A stretch of 64,000 nucleotides of DNA from Camelus ferus. Its lineage: Eukaryota. The position numbers were made by a program, and so were the translations under genes. The DNA lies in NCBI RefSeq assembly GCF_009834535.1, contig NC_045705.1, positions 32,178,001 through 32,242,000 of the forward strand, given 5' to 3'. Position 1 is the first letter of the stretch, and each line of letters begins with the position of its first letter. Shown one piece after another: positions 50,720 through 64,000 of this stretch. Under the pieces are notes generated by a model that was not told where the DNA came from, searched no databases, and worked only from the letters and a program-made list of their open reading frames with translations.

Positions 50720-53520
50720 AATCCTTCTCTTTGAACTTTCTGCATCATCTTTCTAAAAGTTTATTTGTTTCACAATTTATATTTTGCCCAACTCTACTTT
50801 ATCCTTTGACCATGCATTCACCTTCCTTTTATCTTCTAAATCTATTATTCCATTTCCATATGTGTTCTCTGTACTAATTATATAACTTAGTGAAATAAGC
50901 TTAACTTCAGTGTTTTAATGTTACAGCTAAAGAAACATTTTATCAACATAAAAGTTACATAGAGCACAACACTATTCCAAGAAACAATTACACATGTGAT
51001 GCATATACATACATACATAAGTATGAATATATATGTACCTTTAAAAAAAAGAAAAAGGAGAAGGAAGATTGTCTACCATTATACCCTACATACTGCTTTC
51101 CAGCAAAGAACCCATAGCTACAAATTTAAAACATAGCTAAAAAACTTGCTTTAAGGACTGACATGTATTTTAAAGAAATTGAAAGGCGAACATAGTATTT
51201 AATGTTTACGGTACTTTTACCATCATTTCTTTTTATTCTTTGTGGAAAATATGAATTTTCCTCTGATATCATGTTAATTCAAAATGAATTTTTTTTATGT
51301 CTTGTAGTGCAAGTCTGCTAGTAATAGATTCTCTTAGTTTTATTTACTAAAAGATTTTGTATTTCAATTTCAATAATTTGATACAAATTTAAACAACTTC
51401 ATTGATACGTATTGAAACATAATAAAAGTATGTATTTACAGTAAATTTTGCATATTTGCACAGCAGTGAAATCATCACGCTATCAAGATTGAGAACATGT
51501 CCATCACAAGCAGAAATACATTTGTCTTTCCATCCTCATCACATATAACACCAGAAAGTGAAATTGGTATTTAACTCAATTGTAGCCAGAGAACATACCC
51601 TGTATATTATTTCTAAGTACTGAGATCTCTGTGGACCAGCGGTTGGTCTATCTTGGTAAATGTTTCCTTTGAAAGGATGCATATTCTTTTGTTGCTTGGT
51701 ATTGGAGATCAAAAAATGACGATTTTTCACACTGTCAATATCTGTCTTTTTGAATTGAGATATATTTGACATAGAGAATTGTATTACTTTTAGGTGTTTA
51801 GTTAACATCCATCACCATCCAAACTTACATAATTTTTTCTTGTAATGAGAACTTTTAAGATCTCTGTTAGGGGCTTTTAAACATTCAGTACAGTATTATT
51901 AACTATATTATTACCTATAGTCACCGTGCTGTACACTAAGTGGGTTGCTATATATTTCAATAGTGGTATTATAACTATGGCTGGATTTAAATTTAATGCC
52001 TTGCTATTTGTGTTTTTTTCCTCACACATTTTTTGTTCATTGTTTTTCCTTCTTATTATGCCTTTTTTATGATTTGCATGTTTTTAGCATTTTCTGTACC
52101 TCTGCCATTTGTTTTTATCTAATATTCCTTGTTAATTTCTTAGCTGAAGGTATAAAGTTTACAATATAAAGCCCTGCCCACCACAGACTATCATTAAAGA
52201 AATTATACCATATTATGAAAAATGTAACATCCTGAAAAGGAAATACTCCTATATCTACAATCCTATCTTTTGTTTTATATTATTGCCTTACAATTTATTG
52301 TTATTCATTTATAAATACCATGATACACTGCTTTTTGCTTTCGATTGCTATTTATTGTTTAAAGAACATTTAAATATATGAAAAATGGTGTGCATGTCAA
52401 CTCTCTTATTTTCATTTTGAGATTGATTCATTCTTTGTGTTGATTTTCACCTGTGTTTTCTTCCACTTGAAAAACTCCTTTAATATTTCTTGTTTGTAAA
52501 TCTGCTACTGATATATTCTTTCCCTTCAGTTTGTGTGAAAAAGTTTCTAGTTTTTAATTTCACTTTCTGTTTTGCAGAATCATCTCATTAGATAAATCAT
52601 TCTAGACTGATAGTTATTTTGTCCAGCTCTTTGAAGATGTAATCCATTCTCTCTGTCCTAAACAGTTTCTAAATTGAAAGCTGCATTAATCAAATACATT
52701 CCACTGTCATAATATATTTTTCATCTGGCTATTTCTATTTTTTATCACTGTTTTTTAGTACTTGTTTATAATATATTTTATTGACACTATTGCATGGTTA
52801 TGTTTCTTGCAGATTGTTGACTTTATTGAATTTGGGGGTTTATAGTTTCATTAGCTTTTTTTTTCTTTTCCATGTAAGTCACATTTCTTTATTTCTAGCT
52901 GCCCAAATGATTTATTTCATCATTTTTTTTAATGTTTGGTTGTTATGATTCAAATACTTTTCAAGCCTGCCCCATATCCTTTCTTCTGAGATACCAATAA
53001 TGTGTACATCAACTCTTATGATACTGTCCTGAAAGTTTCCAGAGTTCTGTTTATGTTATTAAATGTTTCCCTTTATTTTAAATGGATTCCATTTCTATTT
53101 TCAAGTGTACTAAAACTTTCCCCTGCAGTGTTTACTGTAATATTAATCTCACTGTAAAATGTTGATTTCAGGTATTTTAGATACATTTTAGATATATTAG
53201 ATAAACTTAGAGATTTAGTTTTAGATACATCATCGCCAAAAGATTAAAATTCTTTTTTCTTGTATTTCTTTGTTTATTGAGCTTATGTTTCTCTTTAAGA
53301 AATTGTTCAGAGTTACAAATATTTCATATATGCCCTTGGGTACTAATCCCATTATTCCTTTTTATTGGTGGTTTTGTTTCTATTGACTGAATTCTTTTCT
53401 TGCTGTGGATCATGTTTTCCTGCTTTGTGGCATATCTAGTCATTTTTTAATGGGTATGGATCATTGCAGTTATTATGCTGTTTTGTGTATGGATTTTGTT
53501 TTCTTTGTTTTAAGATTGTT
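50720..53520 (-). mobile_element. Mosaic of old L1M fragments
   Basis: T-rich antisense L1 text (gcaagtctgctagtaatagattctcttag; tttcttctgagataccaata); boundaries approximate. Confidence 0.6.
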
Positions 53521-54019
53521 TTGAAGACACTTGGGGTTTTGAAAAAAACCTCTTCTCGGTTTGAATGGTCTTAGTCTCTTTCAGTTCACGTGGTGGTGCT
53601 TCCATGAATTAAACTTTCTTTGTGGGTTCCTCTGATTCTTATTTGGGTTTAGTACATCTGACAGCCACTTCCATACATCATTTCAACATGTAATTCTCTT
53701 TACTTTGCACATATGAGGCAGCTGTAGGACAATATATTGGAAATTGGTAGACAGCCTTTTTTTTTTTTTTTTTTAAATCTGAGATAGCACTACCTTAAGG
53801 ATTTCAGAGGAGTCAGCACAGAATCACACTTGATTTAATCCTTTTCCTAAAGAGTGGGGATATGCAACATTTTTATTGATAACCCAGCAAGTCTGGGCTT
53901 TTCTATATTTTCTCTAAATTCTGCTGGTCAGTTAAACTGTCCTCTATTTAGTTTATCTATTTTGTTTTCATTCCTGGTCAGAGCCCTCTAAAATAATTAA
54001 ATTAACACTTAAAAATTTC

Positions 54020-54440
54020 TCCTGGAATTTTTCTTAGCCAGATTCACAAATTCATTAGGAACATGTAATCTCTTCCAGGTTCCTGCAGGCATCAATGTGC
54101 ATGTTTTGTTTGTCTGTATGCTTTTGGCTACTATAAAGCAATGCTTAGTCATTTACGCAGCTTCTTTTAGCAGAAAAAGTCTCCACTTTTCCACCATCAC
54201 TTAACAGCTTGTTCGTGATTTATTTAGCCTCCAACAGTTTACCTTCAGCTCTTCTCATCTCTTCCTGCAATCAGGTCACAAGGCCACGAGTTTTAGATTT
54301 TTATTTTGACAGCACCCCACTTCTCAGAGCTAGCCTCTGCATCAGTCATCCAGTGCTGTGCTTAAAAACCATCCTCAAAATTACTGGCTTAAAATATTCA
54401 CAATTTATCTGCTCATGATTCTGTCCCACTGTGATTTCCT
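54020..54440 (-). mobile_element. MLT-int plus MLT1 LTR start
   Basis: gacagcaccccacttctc...aaaaccatcctcaaaattactggcttaaaa. Confidence 0.55.
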
Positions 54441-56116
54441 CTGCATTTCACTCATTGGCTGGTCTGTGTTCAATATTTTCTGCAGAAAATGTTCCTGCAA
54501 TTATTTCTGTTGGTATCTTTCTCCTTCTGCTAGTCTTCCCCTGTATCCAATCATATCCATTAATTTTTTGAAATGTCCAATGGCTTATTACCTAAAAATC
54601 TTGGTGATTAATTTATTCTTTTCTGTACTCTTGACCAGAATAGATTTTTCTACTTAGGTTTGTCATCAGGGTTGTTAATACACATTCTTGCTCTCTTTTC
54701 CAGGTAGACAGTGGCCATGCACTTCCCTACCAGCTTGGAAAAAGGTGTGTCTTTAGGCAGGTGAGCAGAGCTACCTCTGCTTCTGATCTAATGAATTACC
54801 AAAGGTGACTGTTCTGCCGTGTTCTTTTTTAACCATAAGTCCTGGTGACATATGACGGTTCCTAAGAGATGCGTTTCTTGCATATGAGAAGAATTTATTA
54901 GATAAGCATGTGATGCTGAAAATGGAGGAGTTCTTTATTCACTATAAATGGGAGAACCATGGAGAACACAGGTTCATAGTACTGAACAGACAATTTCAGT
55001 TAAACAAAGACAAAAATAACAGAAAAACTTACTCTGGGATATCCATAATAATATCATTGATCAGACTTGTATTTATCATTTTCAATACGTGTGTTCATGT
55101 ATGTGTGCAGGTGTGTGGAGCACAGATGTGTGTGTGTTTGTGTGTAAAATCTCTTACTTTTATACCAGATATCAATTTTTAAAGATACTGTGTTAAAATA
55201 TTTATTATAACTATATTAATAAATAAATATGAATACTAGGAAACTTGGGAAAATAATGCACTGTATATCTTAAGCATTTCTATTTTAATTCAAATTATAT
55301 ACTCCATCAAAAGAATAAAAAATAAATGAAGAAAATTTAGGGAATGGATGAATCTATATGGGGACAAAACAGTTCAATCTCATACACATTATATCTCTGA
55401 AAAGCAAATATACATTCACATTTTTTGCATTAATAAATTTTAAGGTAAAAATTATTGAGATGTAAGGACCATGATTTAGCTCTATCGACAAAGCATATCT
55501 ACAAAGAAGAATTCAGAGAGAAGCACAGGGTAAAAAATTGATTGCTGCATCCAAAACTTTTAATTATCACTATGTGGACTTCCTATTTTTAATCTTTACT
55601 TAGGTGTTCTGTAAATCATAAAGAATTAAATTGAATTTGCTGAAAGCTTAAATGTCTAAAATTATAAGCATATAAATATTTAGCAAATGTTCTTAAAGTT
55701 TTACAATCTCTATTATCTAAAAACATTATAAAAATAAAAAAGAGAAAGACAGTAATATAGAGAGGAATGTATCATAAATATTCATTATTGTGTTGGGGGA
55801 GAAAAGGTTTATGACATCAACTCCTAGGTATGAAATACAACATTTTCCCATAAAAAGTCACAAATCACTAGTAAATTTGTGAACTGAATATGAGATGGGC
55901 TAAATACGTACTTTCTTATCAGCAAAACACCTTGTGGATATAATCCCGATATCAGAAAGTGCAGCATAAAACAATAAGGTCTGAAATGAATAAAAATAAG
56001 AAATCTACAGTAATGTAGAAAAAGCAAACTAGACCTTAATTTCTGATTATACAAATGGCAGAATTAAATAGGAAACCAGAAAATGAGTTCAAGTCAGACA
56101 GCTAATGCATTCAACA

Positions 56117-57055
56117 TTAAGGAAGCAATTTTCTCAAAGCCATCAAGACATCCTTATTTCTCAGAGTGTATATCAGGGGGTTAAACATCGGGGTCACAAT
56201 GGTATAGAAAAGAGAGAGAAACTTGTCTGTATTGGAAGAATTTCTGGATTTGGGTCGTAAATATGCAATGACTGCAGATCCAAAGAATAAAGTCACAACC
56301 GTGACATGAGACGAGCAGGTGGAGAAGGCCTTTGCTCTCCCCATTGCCGATGGCAACCTCAGGATGGTGGAGGTGATTTTACTGTAGGAACCAAGTATCA
56401 ACAGGAAAGGGGTCATAACAAACAGGACCGCGACTATGAAGACCAATATCTCATTCAGAAAAGTGTCCCCACAGGCCAGCCTGAGTATTGGGGGGATGTC
56501 ACAGAAGAAGTGATTGATTTGGTTGGATCCACAAAAGGGCAGAGAGAAAATCTGGCATGTCTGCCCTATCTCAACCGGAACCCCAGTGATCCAGCAGGCC
56601 GCCACCAGCTGGACACAGGCCCTGGGGTTCATGACAAGGGGATAGTGCAGGGGGTTACAAATGGCCACGTAGCGGTCATAGGCCATCACGGTAAGAAGTA
56701 GGCACTCTATGTTTCCAAACATAAGGACAAAACTCATTTGTGTTGCGCAGGCAAACAAAGAAATGTGTCTTCTCTGAGTCCAGAGGTTTAGGAGCATTCT
56801 AGGAAGAGTGACTGATACATAACAGATTTCCAAGAAGGAAAAATTACTGAGGAAAAAATACATGGGAGTCTGGAGAGCCTGGTCAGACTTGGTTATGAGA
56901 ATAATGATGCCATTTCCCAACAGAGTTACCACATAGACAAGCAAAAACATCCCAAAAAGAAATACTTGCAGATTGGGAATATCAGAAAATCCCAAAAGAA
57001 CAAATTCCATCATTGAAGTGAAATTTTCTTCCACTGGGTCTTTTAGGTGTTCCAT
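56117..57055 (-). CDS. OR10AG1: Olfactory receptor, OR10AG1-like, intact, 312 aa
   Basis: MEFVLLGFSDIPNL N-terminus and MALRKLL C-terminus resemble human OR10AG1 as I recall it; all OR motifs present. Confidence 0.85.
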   Translation of the reverse strand: MEHLKDPVEENFTSMMEFVLLGFSDIPNLQVFLFGMFLLVYVVTLLGNGIIILITKSDQALQTPMYFFLSNFSFLEICYVSVTLPRMLLNLWTQRRHISLFACATQMSFVLMFGNIECLLLTVMAYDRYVAICNPLHYPLVMNPRACVQLVAACWITGVPVEIGQTCQIFSLPFCGSNQINHFFCDIPPILRLACGDTFLNEILVFIVAVLFVMTPFLLILGSYSKITSTILRLPSAMGRAKAFSTCSSHVTVVTLFFGSAVIAYLRPKSRNSSNTDKFLSLFYTIVTPMFNPLIYTLRNKDVLMALRKLLP

Positions 57056-58233
57056 CTGTGAAAATAGAAAATTAGTCTTTTATATTTTTAACCTGTTTTA
57101 TAATTCTATAAACTAAAGGGATTTAGGGGAATTAGTACATAAGATTTCTATTTCCCATTCATGTTTAGTATTTTATATTCTGGACGCAAAGTATACAACT
57201 GAAATCTAATAAAGAACTTATGCTAAAATCTAAATATATCCACATAGTTAATATTTACTTCTAGGTTTGATTTTAAATGAAAATGATATGTTTGAGAATT
57301 ATGTATTCTTATGTTTCATGTATTTGTGTGTGGAACAAAATTAGTCCATTTTATTCCTCGTATTAACAAACGGAATCCTGAGACAGAAGGATTTGCATCC
57401 CATTTTTCTCAGGGGTAGGACACCACCAAATTTTGTATTGTATTTTTTAGGGATTTTCCCACTCTTCAACTAGATCCTTTCCAAGGAAAAGGAATAAGAA
57501 TATGGCACGCCCTCCCTTCCCCATGTGCAGCTGCAGCTCTTACTGTTTCTGCATACACTTTATTTGAGACCATTCTGGTTGCATTTACCCATCAAAGTAA
57601 ATATCGTGACCATGAATCATCATAATGCAAGATCTTTATTTGTCTTATCCAAACATGCAGCAGAGATTTGAAAAATGCTTTTGATCTGTTGGCTGTTTAA
57701 TTAACAACGACGCAATTGAACGAATTACATTGATGGTATCATTTCTGAAATACTGCTTGGTAAATCTATTCTCAAATCTCTTGCTATGTGTCATTGATCA
57801 TTTTTATTTCAAAATTATCATTTTAATATTACATCTAAGCTAAAATACATGAAAATCAAAGTTGAAAACTATAACTTATTTAAAAGGTGGGAAATAGACA
57901 ATTGTCAAACATATCAAAAGCAGAGGATATATTATTTTAACTAGAGTGTATGTGAGCAAATATATTTTAGGTGATTAATTACTGAAAACTACAGAGACCC
58001 AACTTTCTCCTATATTGAGATATACTTAGACAATACAGGATTTTTTTTTTAAAAGGTGACTAGCATATTATGGCTTTAAATAGTATCTGGGAAAATGGAA
58101 AAGAAAAATGATTTTAACTGAGCTACCATTTTGTTAGTAAAGTGTTTGCAATAACATATTCTTGAATTCTGTTAATGTCCTTATTTTATGTCACAGATGA
58201 AGACACCATGGCTCAGAGCTTTACATGACTAAA

Positions 58234-58235
<2 letters not shown>

Positions 58236-58267
<32 letters not shown>
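58236..58267 (+). repeat. Pure poly(A)32 tract
   Basis: Directly visible. Confidence 0.95.
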
Positions 58268-58269
<2 letters not shown>

Positions 58270-58554
58270 TCCCTTTGACCCCTAAGATTCACGAGCATTG
58301 TGACAAGTGTAATGGAATCCATAGCCATTTTAAAGAAGGAAAACTGCCAAGGAAAGACTCCATGGGGATCTGGCCATCAGGACCCACTTTGTCATTAGAA
58401 TTATGGTGCTATTGCTTGTTAGGGTAATGATACAGATGACTAAGAACAACCCCAATAGAAAACACTGGAGATGAGGAGCGTCAGCAAAACTCCAAGAAAA
58501 GAAGTTCAGTCCATGTGTTAGATTTTCTGCTGGTGCTTTTCCCTGGTGTTGCAT
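58268..58554 (-). pseudogene. 5' fragment of an OR10AG-like pseudogene (N-terminus to TM2), frameshifted and truncated
   Basis: cacag|ATG MQHQGKAPAENL..FADAPHLQCFLLGLFLVICIITLTSNSTIILMTK, followed in shifted frames by QIPMESFLGSF and TMLVNL; ends at a 32-nt A run. Confidence 0.8.
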
Positions 58555-59370
58555 CTGTGGAAAGATGAAATGCACCATGCGCTTTTCACTGTTCCTTCCC
58601 GACATTGCTCATTCTTCGGATTGTCACAGATGTCCAGACTGGCTTTCATGACCACTGCAATTGTTTCTAGTTTAAGAATGATTCCATTTATGTATTTCTC
58701 ACTTTCCCAGTTTAGACCCTACTGATTATCAGTGTAAAAGCTCCATTTTAGGTTCCTTTAGAGCCATCCCACATACTTTTTGAATAAAGTTCATGATAAA
58801 GTATACTCTACTCAGCACAGCCACTGGAACGTCATCGGCAGCTGTGAAGAAGACCCAGAGCTTTGCCCTATGATCTTGCATTTAGTGAACTTCTTGGCAA
58901 TCCTGTTGTGCTTCTCTGTGCATTTCCCATTCAGCAGCCCTGTATCAGAAAATGTCTTTTCTCACTCATATTCAGCTTCCTTTTTCAATCCTCATTCCTC
59001 TCTCATCAGTTGATCTTAAACACAAATGTATCTATTTTTCAGTTCATACTATTAGATAGTTAAAATATTTTTTAGAAAGGTTATTGTCCATGAGAATTAA
59101 ATATCTTTTGGTAGGACACTAAGTGGAAAGCATAAGAGGGTTTTATTCAGAAAAATAAACTTGAGAACATTAACGAAGATAGAAAAATTAAACTGGGTCA
59201 ACCCTGGGAAAATAGGGACAGACTGGAGGGTGTTCATTTCCTCTGTGTGTATGGGGGGTGGCGGTGCAGAGGGACAAAAGATGCCAGCTTTTAGTTTTAC
59301 CCTTTGTGCTCTGTGCACCACCACTATCTTTGTTGATCCTCAAAAAACAATTCCTTAGTAACATTTTTCT

Positions 59371-59680
59371 TTAATTAAAGTATAGTCAGTTGCAATGTGT
59401 CAATCTCTGGTGCAGAGCATAATGTCCCAGTTTGCATACACTTACATATATTCATTTTGACATTCTTTTTCATTAAAGGTTATTGCAAGATATTGAATAT
59501 AGTTCCCTGTGCTATACAGAAGAAATTTGTTTTTTGTCTATTTTTATATAAAGTGATCAACATCTGTAAATTTCAAACTCCCAAATTTATACCTTCCCAT
59601 CCCTTTTCCCCTGGAAACCATAAGATTGTTTACTATGCCTGTGAGTCTGTTTCTGCTTTGTAGGTGAGTTCATTAGTGTC
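59371..59680 (-). mobile_element. Young L1 3' end with TSD
   Basis: ttaattaaagtatagtcag...gtgagttcattagtgtc; TSD tagtaac(a/c)tttt(t)ct at 59356 and 59681. Confidence 0.85.
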
Positions 59681-60096
59681 TAGTAACCTTTTCTAACCTC
59701 ACTGTTCTTTAAAGATAAGGATACTGAAAATTGCTAAAGTTGGATAATCTGACCAATTGCGCACAGGTTTGTGATGGGAAGTCAGTGCCTTTTCTTGTTT
59801 TAGAAACAACAGGTGCCCGATTTCTTTGATTTATTATACATGTGACATTAAGCAGTTACATAGACTTTCCAAATGTTGCTTCCTCTTTTGTGAGAATTGC
59901 ATGGGGTAATATTGATAAAATCATCACCTATCAAATAAAACTAATTATACATTATTTAGAGTTGTATAGTAAAATTACGGTTATAATATATTCTTTGTAG
60001 TCATCAGTGTTAAAGCACATTAACTAATACAATTGTATTTAAAGGACCATTGAGTCTCCTGTTGGTAATCACTTTTTTCCATTCTTCCCTTTCAAC

Positions 60097-60240
60097 AGGG
60101 CCAGGTCTAGAGTGAGGGGAGTGAGGTTCCTAGAACATCAAAATTTAAGAGGCCCCTAGTCATGCTCAGGGCTGACCCTGCACTTTCAGAGATCTTAGTG
60201 TGAGTGTCCCCTTCCTTATTTCACCAAGGCATCTCTTGGA
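60097..60240. mobile_element. Small palindromic hAT-type MITE (MER96-like)
   Basis: cagggccaggtctagagtgagg...aaaatttaagaggc, with a degenerate mirror arm (gtgtgagtgtcccc...ccaaggcatctc). Confidence 0.5.
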
Positions 60241-63200
60241 TCCCCTACAAATCTTTTGGCTCACGTTTGCCCCAGTCTGTCTTTATCTCTCCATCTTGGT
60301 GGGACTGAACATTGTCCACCAGTTTAGCACAGGTATAATGTCATGGTAAGGGCTGTGACTGCTTTCCACTATGGATCAGTATAGGTCTATTAAAATTACA
60401 GCATAGCTAAACAGTATTCGATCCAGCAATGAACTGAAGAAGTAGGCACTATTTAAATGAAATCACCCCTTTTAAAAAGGAGAAGAGAATACATGAGAAT
60501 TAATCCAGTCATATTTATCACTTTTAAGAACAACAGGATTTAATTTACATAATTTCTCTCTTATTACATGCATATACCGACTTGGAAACATAATTTCTTT
60601 CTGTACAAGTCCGACTTTCTGATAGTTAAATTATTCACATATACTCTGAAACACGTAAGATATGCATATCTTATTCTCAATAGTGAGCAAAGTAGAAAAA
60701 GTAAATATTTATTCTGTGTGCCCTCACAAAATTATCTATATTATACCTCTATCTTGTAAATGTTTCTTAATCCTTATTAATCATGGAAGATAAATCTGAA
60801 TGTTCTAAGACTGCTATTTTTAAACTCCAATCTCTGTTCCCTGGAAAAATCCAAATGATTAAGGGGAGATGTGACAATAAAAAGTTACTTTTATGTTGGT
60901 CATATCAGTATCTCTACTCTACCTACTTCACTTACATTTGTCATTGAATATTAATTAGCAAGTTAAACTCTGAAAATTAATTTAAAAAGCAGTATTGAAC
61001 TGAAAATTCTTTCATTATGCTATACATTTTTCATTTAAAACATTTATTTTTGTTTTCTTTAAACTAAATGTTCCTGGTAGTCCCAAAAGATGTAATTATA
61101 GTAACTGGATTATTTTATATTAAATCACATTAAAACATCATCAAGATTAAAATTAATTAAAAAATGCTTGTTACTGTATCTCAGCTCAAAATCAAGTTTT
61201 TCTCCATTATTTATCATGCTTACAAAAAATATATGTTATTCCAGTTCTTAGTATTTTAAAATAATTTAATATCATTATTTAATATTTTTGTTTTAAATAT
61301 AAATTATACTTAATTGAATCAAAAATATATAGAAGCTCCTCTAATATGACACATTTGCTGTATCCATTAAATAGTAAATGTTTTAAAAAATCATGAACTA
61401 AAACTAGTAAAAGTATAAAGTAGTTCATATTTACCATTCTTATTTGAGATAATGCTGATTTATTTAATCACTGTAGAAGGTTTAAACATTTATATAACTT
61501 TAGGAGAAATTACTTATTTAATCAGACATCCAGCTTACCATTAAAATATTCTGTTCTTTCCAAAAATAAAGGGCTTCTTAATAAATAGTTACATCTACCC
61601 CATGGGATCTCTTTGACCAGACGCATTATGTCTCCAATTAAAATCATCATTTGGCTCTCTGTGATTTGGCTTATTTTATCTCTCCCAGATAGCACTCGCT
61701 CCACCCAGAGTACTTCATCGTCAGCCTCTCCATGGAACAGAGAGCTCAGCACATTTTACTTCTTGGACGTGAGCAGGTTGCTGAGCAGTGTAATGGGAGT
61801 CCATCCAAAACTGACACACGTCCAATTCATACTCTGTTGTGAACACTCCTTATCGATCCTCTGTTCTATTAAACTAAGCCCGTGTCTCACTTTCCTGAAC
61901 TTTTTTTTTAATATTCTCTTCTGTAGTTGATTCCTTAATCAAAATTCAAGACTATGTCTGTGTAATAGCTGTAAATGCCCTGATGACAAATAATATTTTG
62001 GTCTATAAATCTTATATTTTATTGATTTCTACATGTGCACCAGGGAAACCCGAGAGATAGCTGTTGGGTTATTATATCCAGTTTAAAACTTAACTTTGGA
62101 GCCCCTGTTAATGTTAATAGGGGGGAGATTCTTCTTTTTAATGCAGCATTTTGTCATCCTTCCTCAATTTCATTTCCAGTGTGAAAACACTTTGAAGTGG
62201 AAATAACACCAAATTCCATATAGGATGAAATAAAATATTTGAATTTCCCAACTGAGATAGTGGGAAAGATGCTATAAAAATCATCTGTGCCTTCTGTGCT
62301 TCAACTCTGGGGGAAAAACATTATTTCCAATGTTTAGATTATTTAAGCATCTTGGCTTGGTGTCAGTTTCTCATGGCAAAAATAGGATTCGCTTCCTGTT
62401 CTTCAGTAAATAATGATTTCTAAGGTTTTATGATTACAAAGAGAAACTATTTCCAGCCAATGGAACTCCTATAGTATTGTGATAACAGAGAGTGACTGTG
62501 AACGTAATCGCAAAACATCAGGAACCGTGTGGTGGAGATCGTGGGAGGTGCATGAGGAGTGGGTGGTGAGAGAGGCGTCACAGACGTGACAGAGCACAGC
62601 ACGGGAGTGGGAGGCCAGCAGGTGCTTATCCAAGAAGTAGCCACGCTGAGGAGGAGTTCTGCAGCCGTGTAATTAACAGGCGCAGCATCACGCATGAATA
62701 GAGAAATCTGAGAATAGAGAAATGTTGAGAAGAAAACTCTAATAGAATTGAAAATTTAGCATATAATAGAAAGTACATACCAAATTGGCAAAATATGGGC
62801 ATTTTGAAAACGTGTAATTGGGACAGCTGGGAAAACTCTGAGAAAGAAATACAGATTTGTATTCACACCTCATATTACAATAGGAACATCTTCTAATGAT
62901 ACACACATTGACATATTTCAGAAAGTGAAATAACGAAAGAGTTCAGAATACACATTTTTATAACTTTGAAGCAAAGAAAGACGATCTAGCTTTGGATCAA
63001 CATCAGAATGCAGAAGTTTTCAACAAAAGTTGAAAAAATGCACACAAAAATAATTCTACTTAGTAGACTTTTAGATTCTGTGATACACTTTCTCTTTATA
63101 TATAAATACATTGTATCATCTGACAATAATAGGAAGTATAGAAATTTTTACTCTCTCTTAATTCCCCGCTTCTTGATCTGCAATTATTTATTATATAATA

Positions 63201-63569
63201 TATATTTTTAATTTTTTCTTCTGTTCTTTTCTTTTTCTTTATTTTGTTAACTTAATGGTAAATAAAATCTGTTTTCTAGATGAGAGTCATTGGTGGGATA
63301 AATGAGGTGCATTTATTTCCAGTCATGGTGGGAAAATATCCTTTAATCACTGACGGTCCAAACTAATTAATCACCACCCAAATATTGCAAATACAATGTC
63401 ATTCGCATGTTTGGACTTGATTTATTTTATTAGCTTAAATTAAATTACCTAATAATACATTTTTATATTTTTCCCAATAAGATAAAACTTGACACAAAAC
63501 TGAAGTTTTGTCTCTAACACACCACTGTAACCATATCATTTAGAAATGTGAAGTCATTTTATATGTTCC

Positions 63570-63740
63570 AGGTTAGACCAGTCACCATCTGAATACCCTT
63601 GAGTGACCACAGTCAACGCCACATGAAACAAAATAATCCTTCAGCTATGCTGCGCCTAGATTCTTGACCCACACATTTATGAGATAGAGTAAAATGATAT
63701 TATTCCAAGCTAATTTTTTATGCAACAGAAAACTGAAACA
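63570..63740 (+). mobile_element. MLT1 LTR 3' end
   Basis: cagctatgctgcgcctagattcttgacccacac...gcaacagaaaactgaaaca. Confidence 0.65.
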
Positions 63741-64000
63741 GAGACCTTCCATAACTGTTACAATGCCAACTTTCTTTGTAAGTTTTCTTCTGTCATTCCT
63801 CTCCATGGGCACCATGTATAGCCATCTGATCATTAGTCACTCTCATTTAATATTCTTTCCTCAGAAATTATTGCATTAATGTGTTTGTATCTTTGTATTT
63901 TTAGATCACATTGCTGATGCCTTGATATCCGCCTAGACAAAAAAAGAACTAGCTGAATAAACTTAGGTTATGTCAAAAATAAATTCTTTTTGCAAGTATA

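Noticed and set aside
61690-61810. OR-like 'LLSNLLTSKK' on the minus strand
   Set aside because: No PMY upstream and no GC..Q or MAYDRY downstream in any frame.
62500-62620. OR-like 'SSCTSH' on the minus strand
   Set aside because: Isolated four-residue match with no other OR motifs.
1-64000. CRISPR arrays, prokaryotic defence systems, rRNA, NUMT
   Set aside because: Mammalian repeat content throughout; no regularly spaced repeats, operons or mitochondrial-like sequence seen.

Overview
Mammalian (eutherian) genomic DNA: AT-rich, repeat-dense, with two short assembly gaps. The tRNA-derived SINEs and young L1 3' ends look camelid to me, from memory, and I see no Alu, Bov-tA or PRE-1. The window is part of an olfactory receptor (OR) cluster whose gene order resembles the human 11q12 block OR5W2-OR5I1-OR10AG1. 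It holds three intact OR5W2-like paralogs from a tandem duplication, an OR5I1 ortholog with a 2-bp frameshift before TM7, three intact OR10AG-family genes and one truncated OR10AG-like fragment. Intergenic DNA is L1, LTR, MIR and SINE debris. The two strongest leads are (1) a decayed ~1.7 kb interval (35400-37130) whose translations show collinear motif matches to the N-terminal third of a bornavirus L polymerase, recalled from memory and unverified (candidate EBLL), and (2) a non-repeat cluster of Lhx2 and Ebf sites at 27600-27880 with a composite motif like OR 'Greek island' enhancers. Also noted: a candidate L1 3' transduction, mosaic gene conversion among the OR5W copies, and predicted non-coding 5' exons with splice-site turnover. 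No prokaryotic systems are present.
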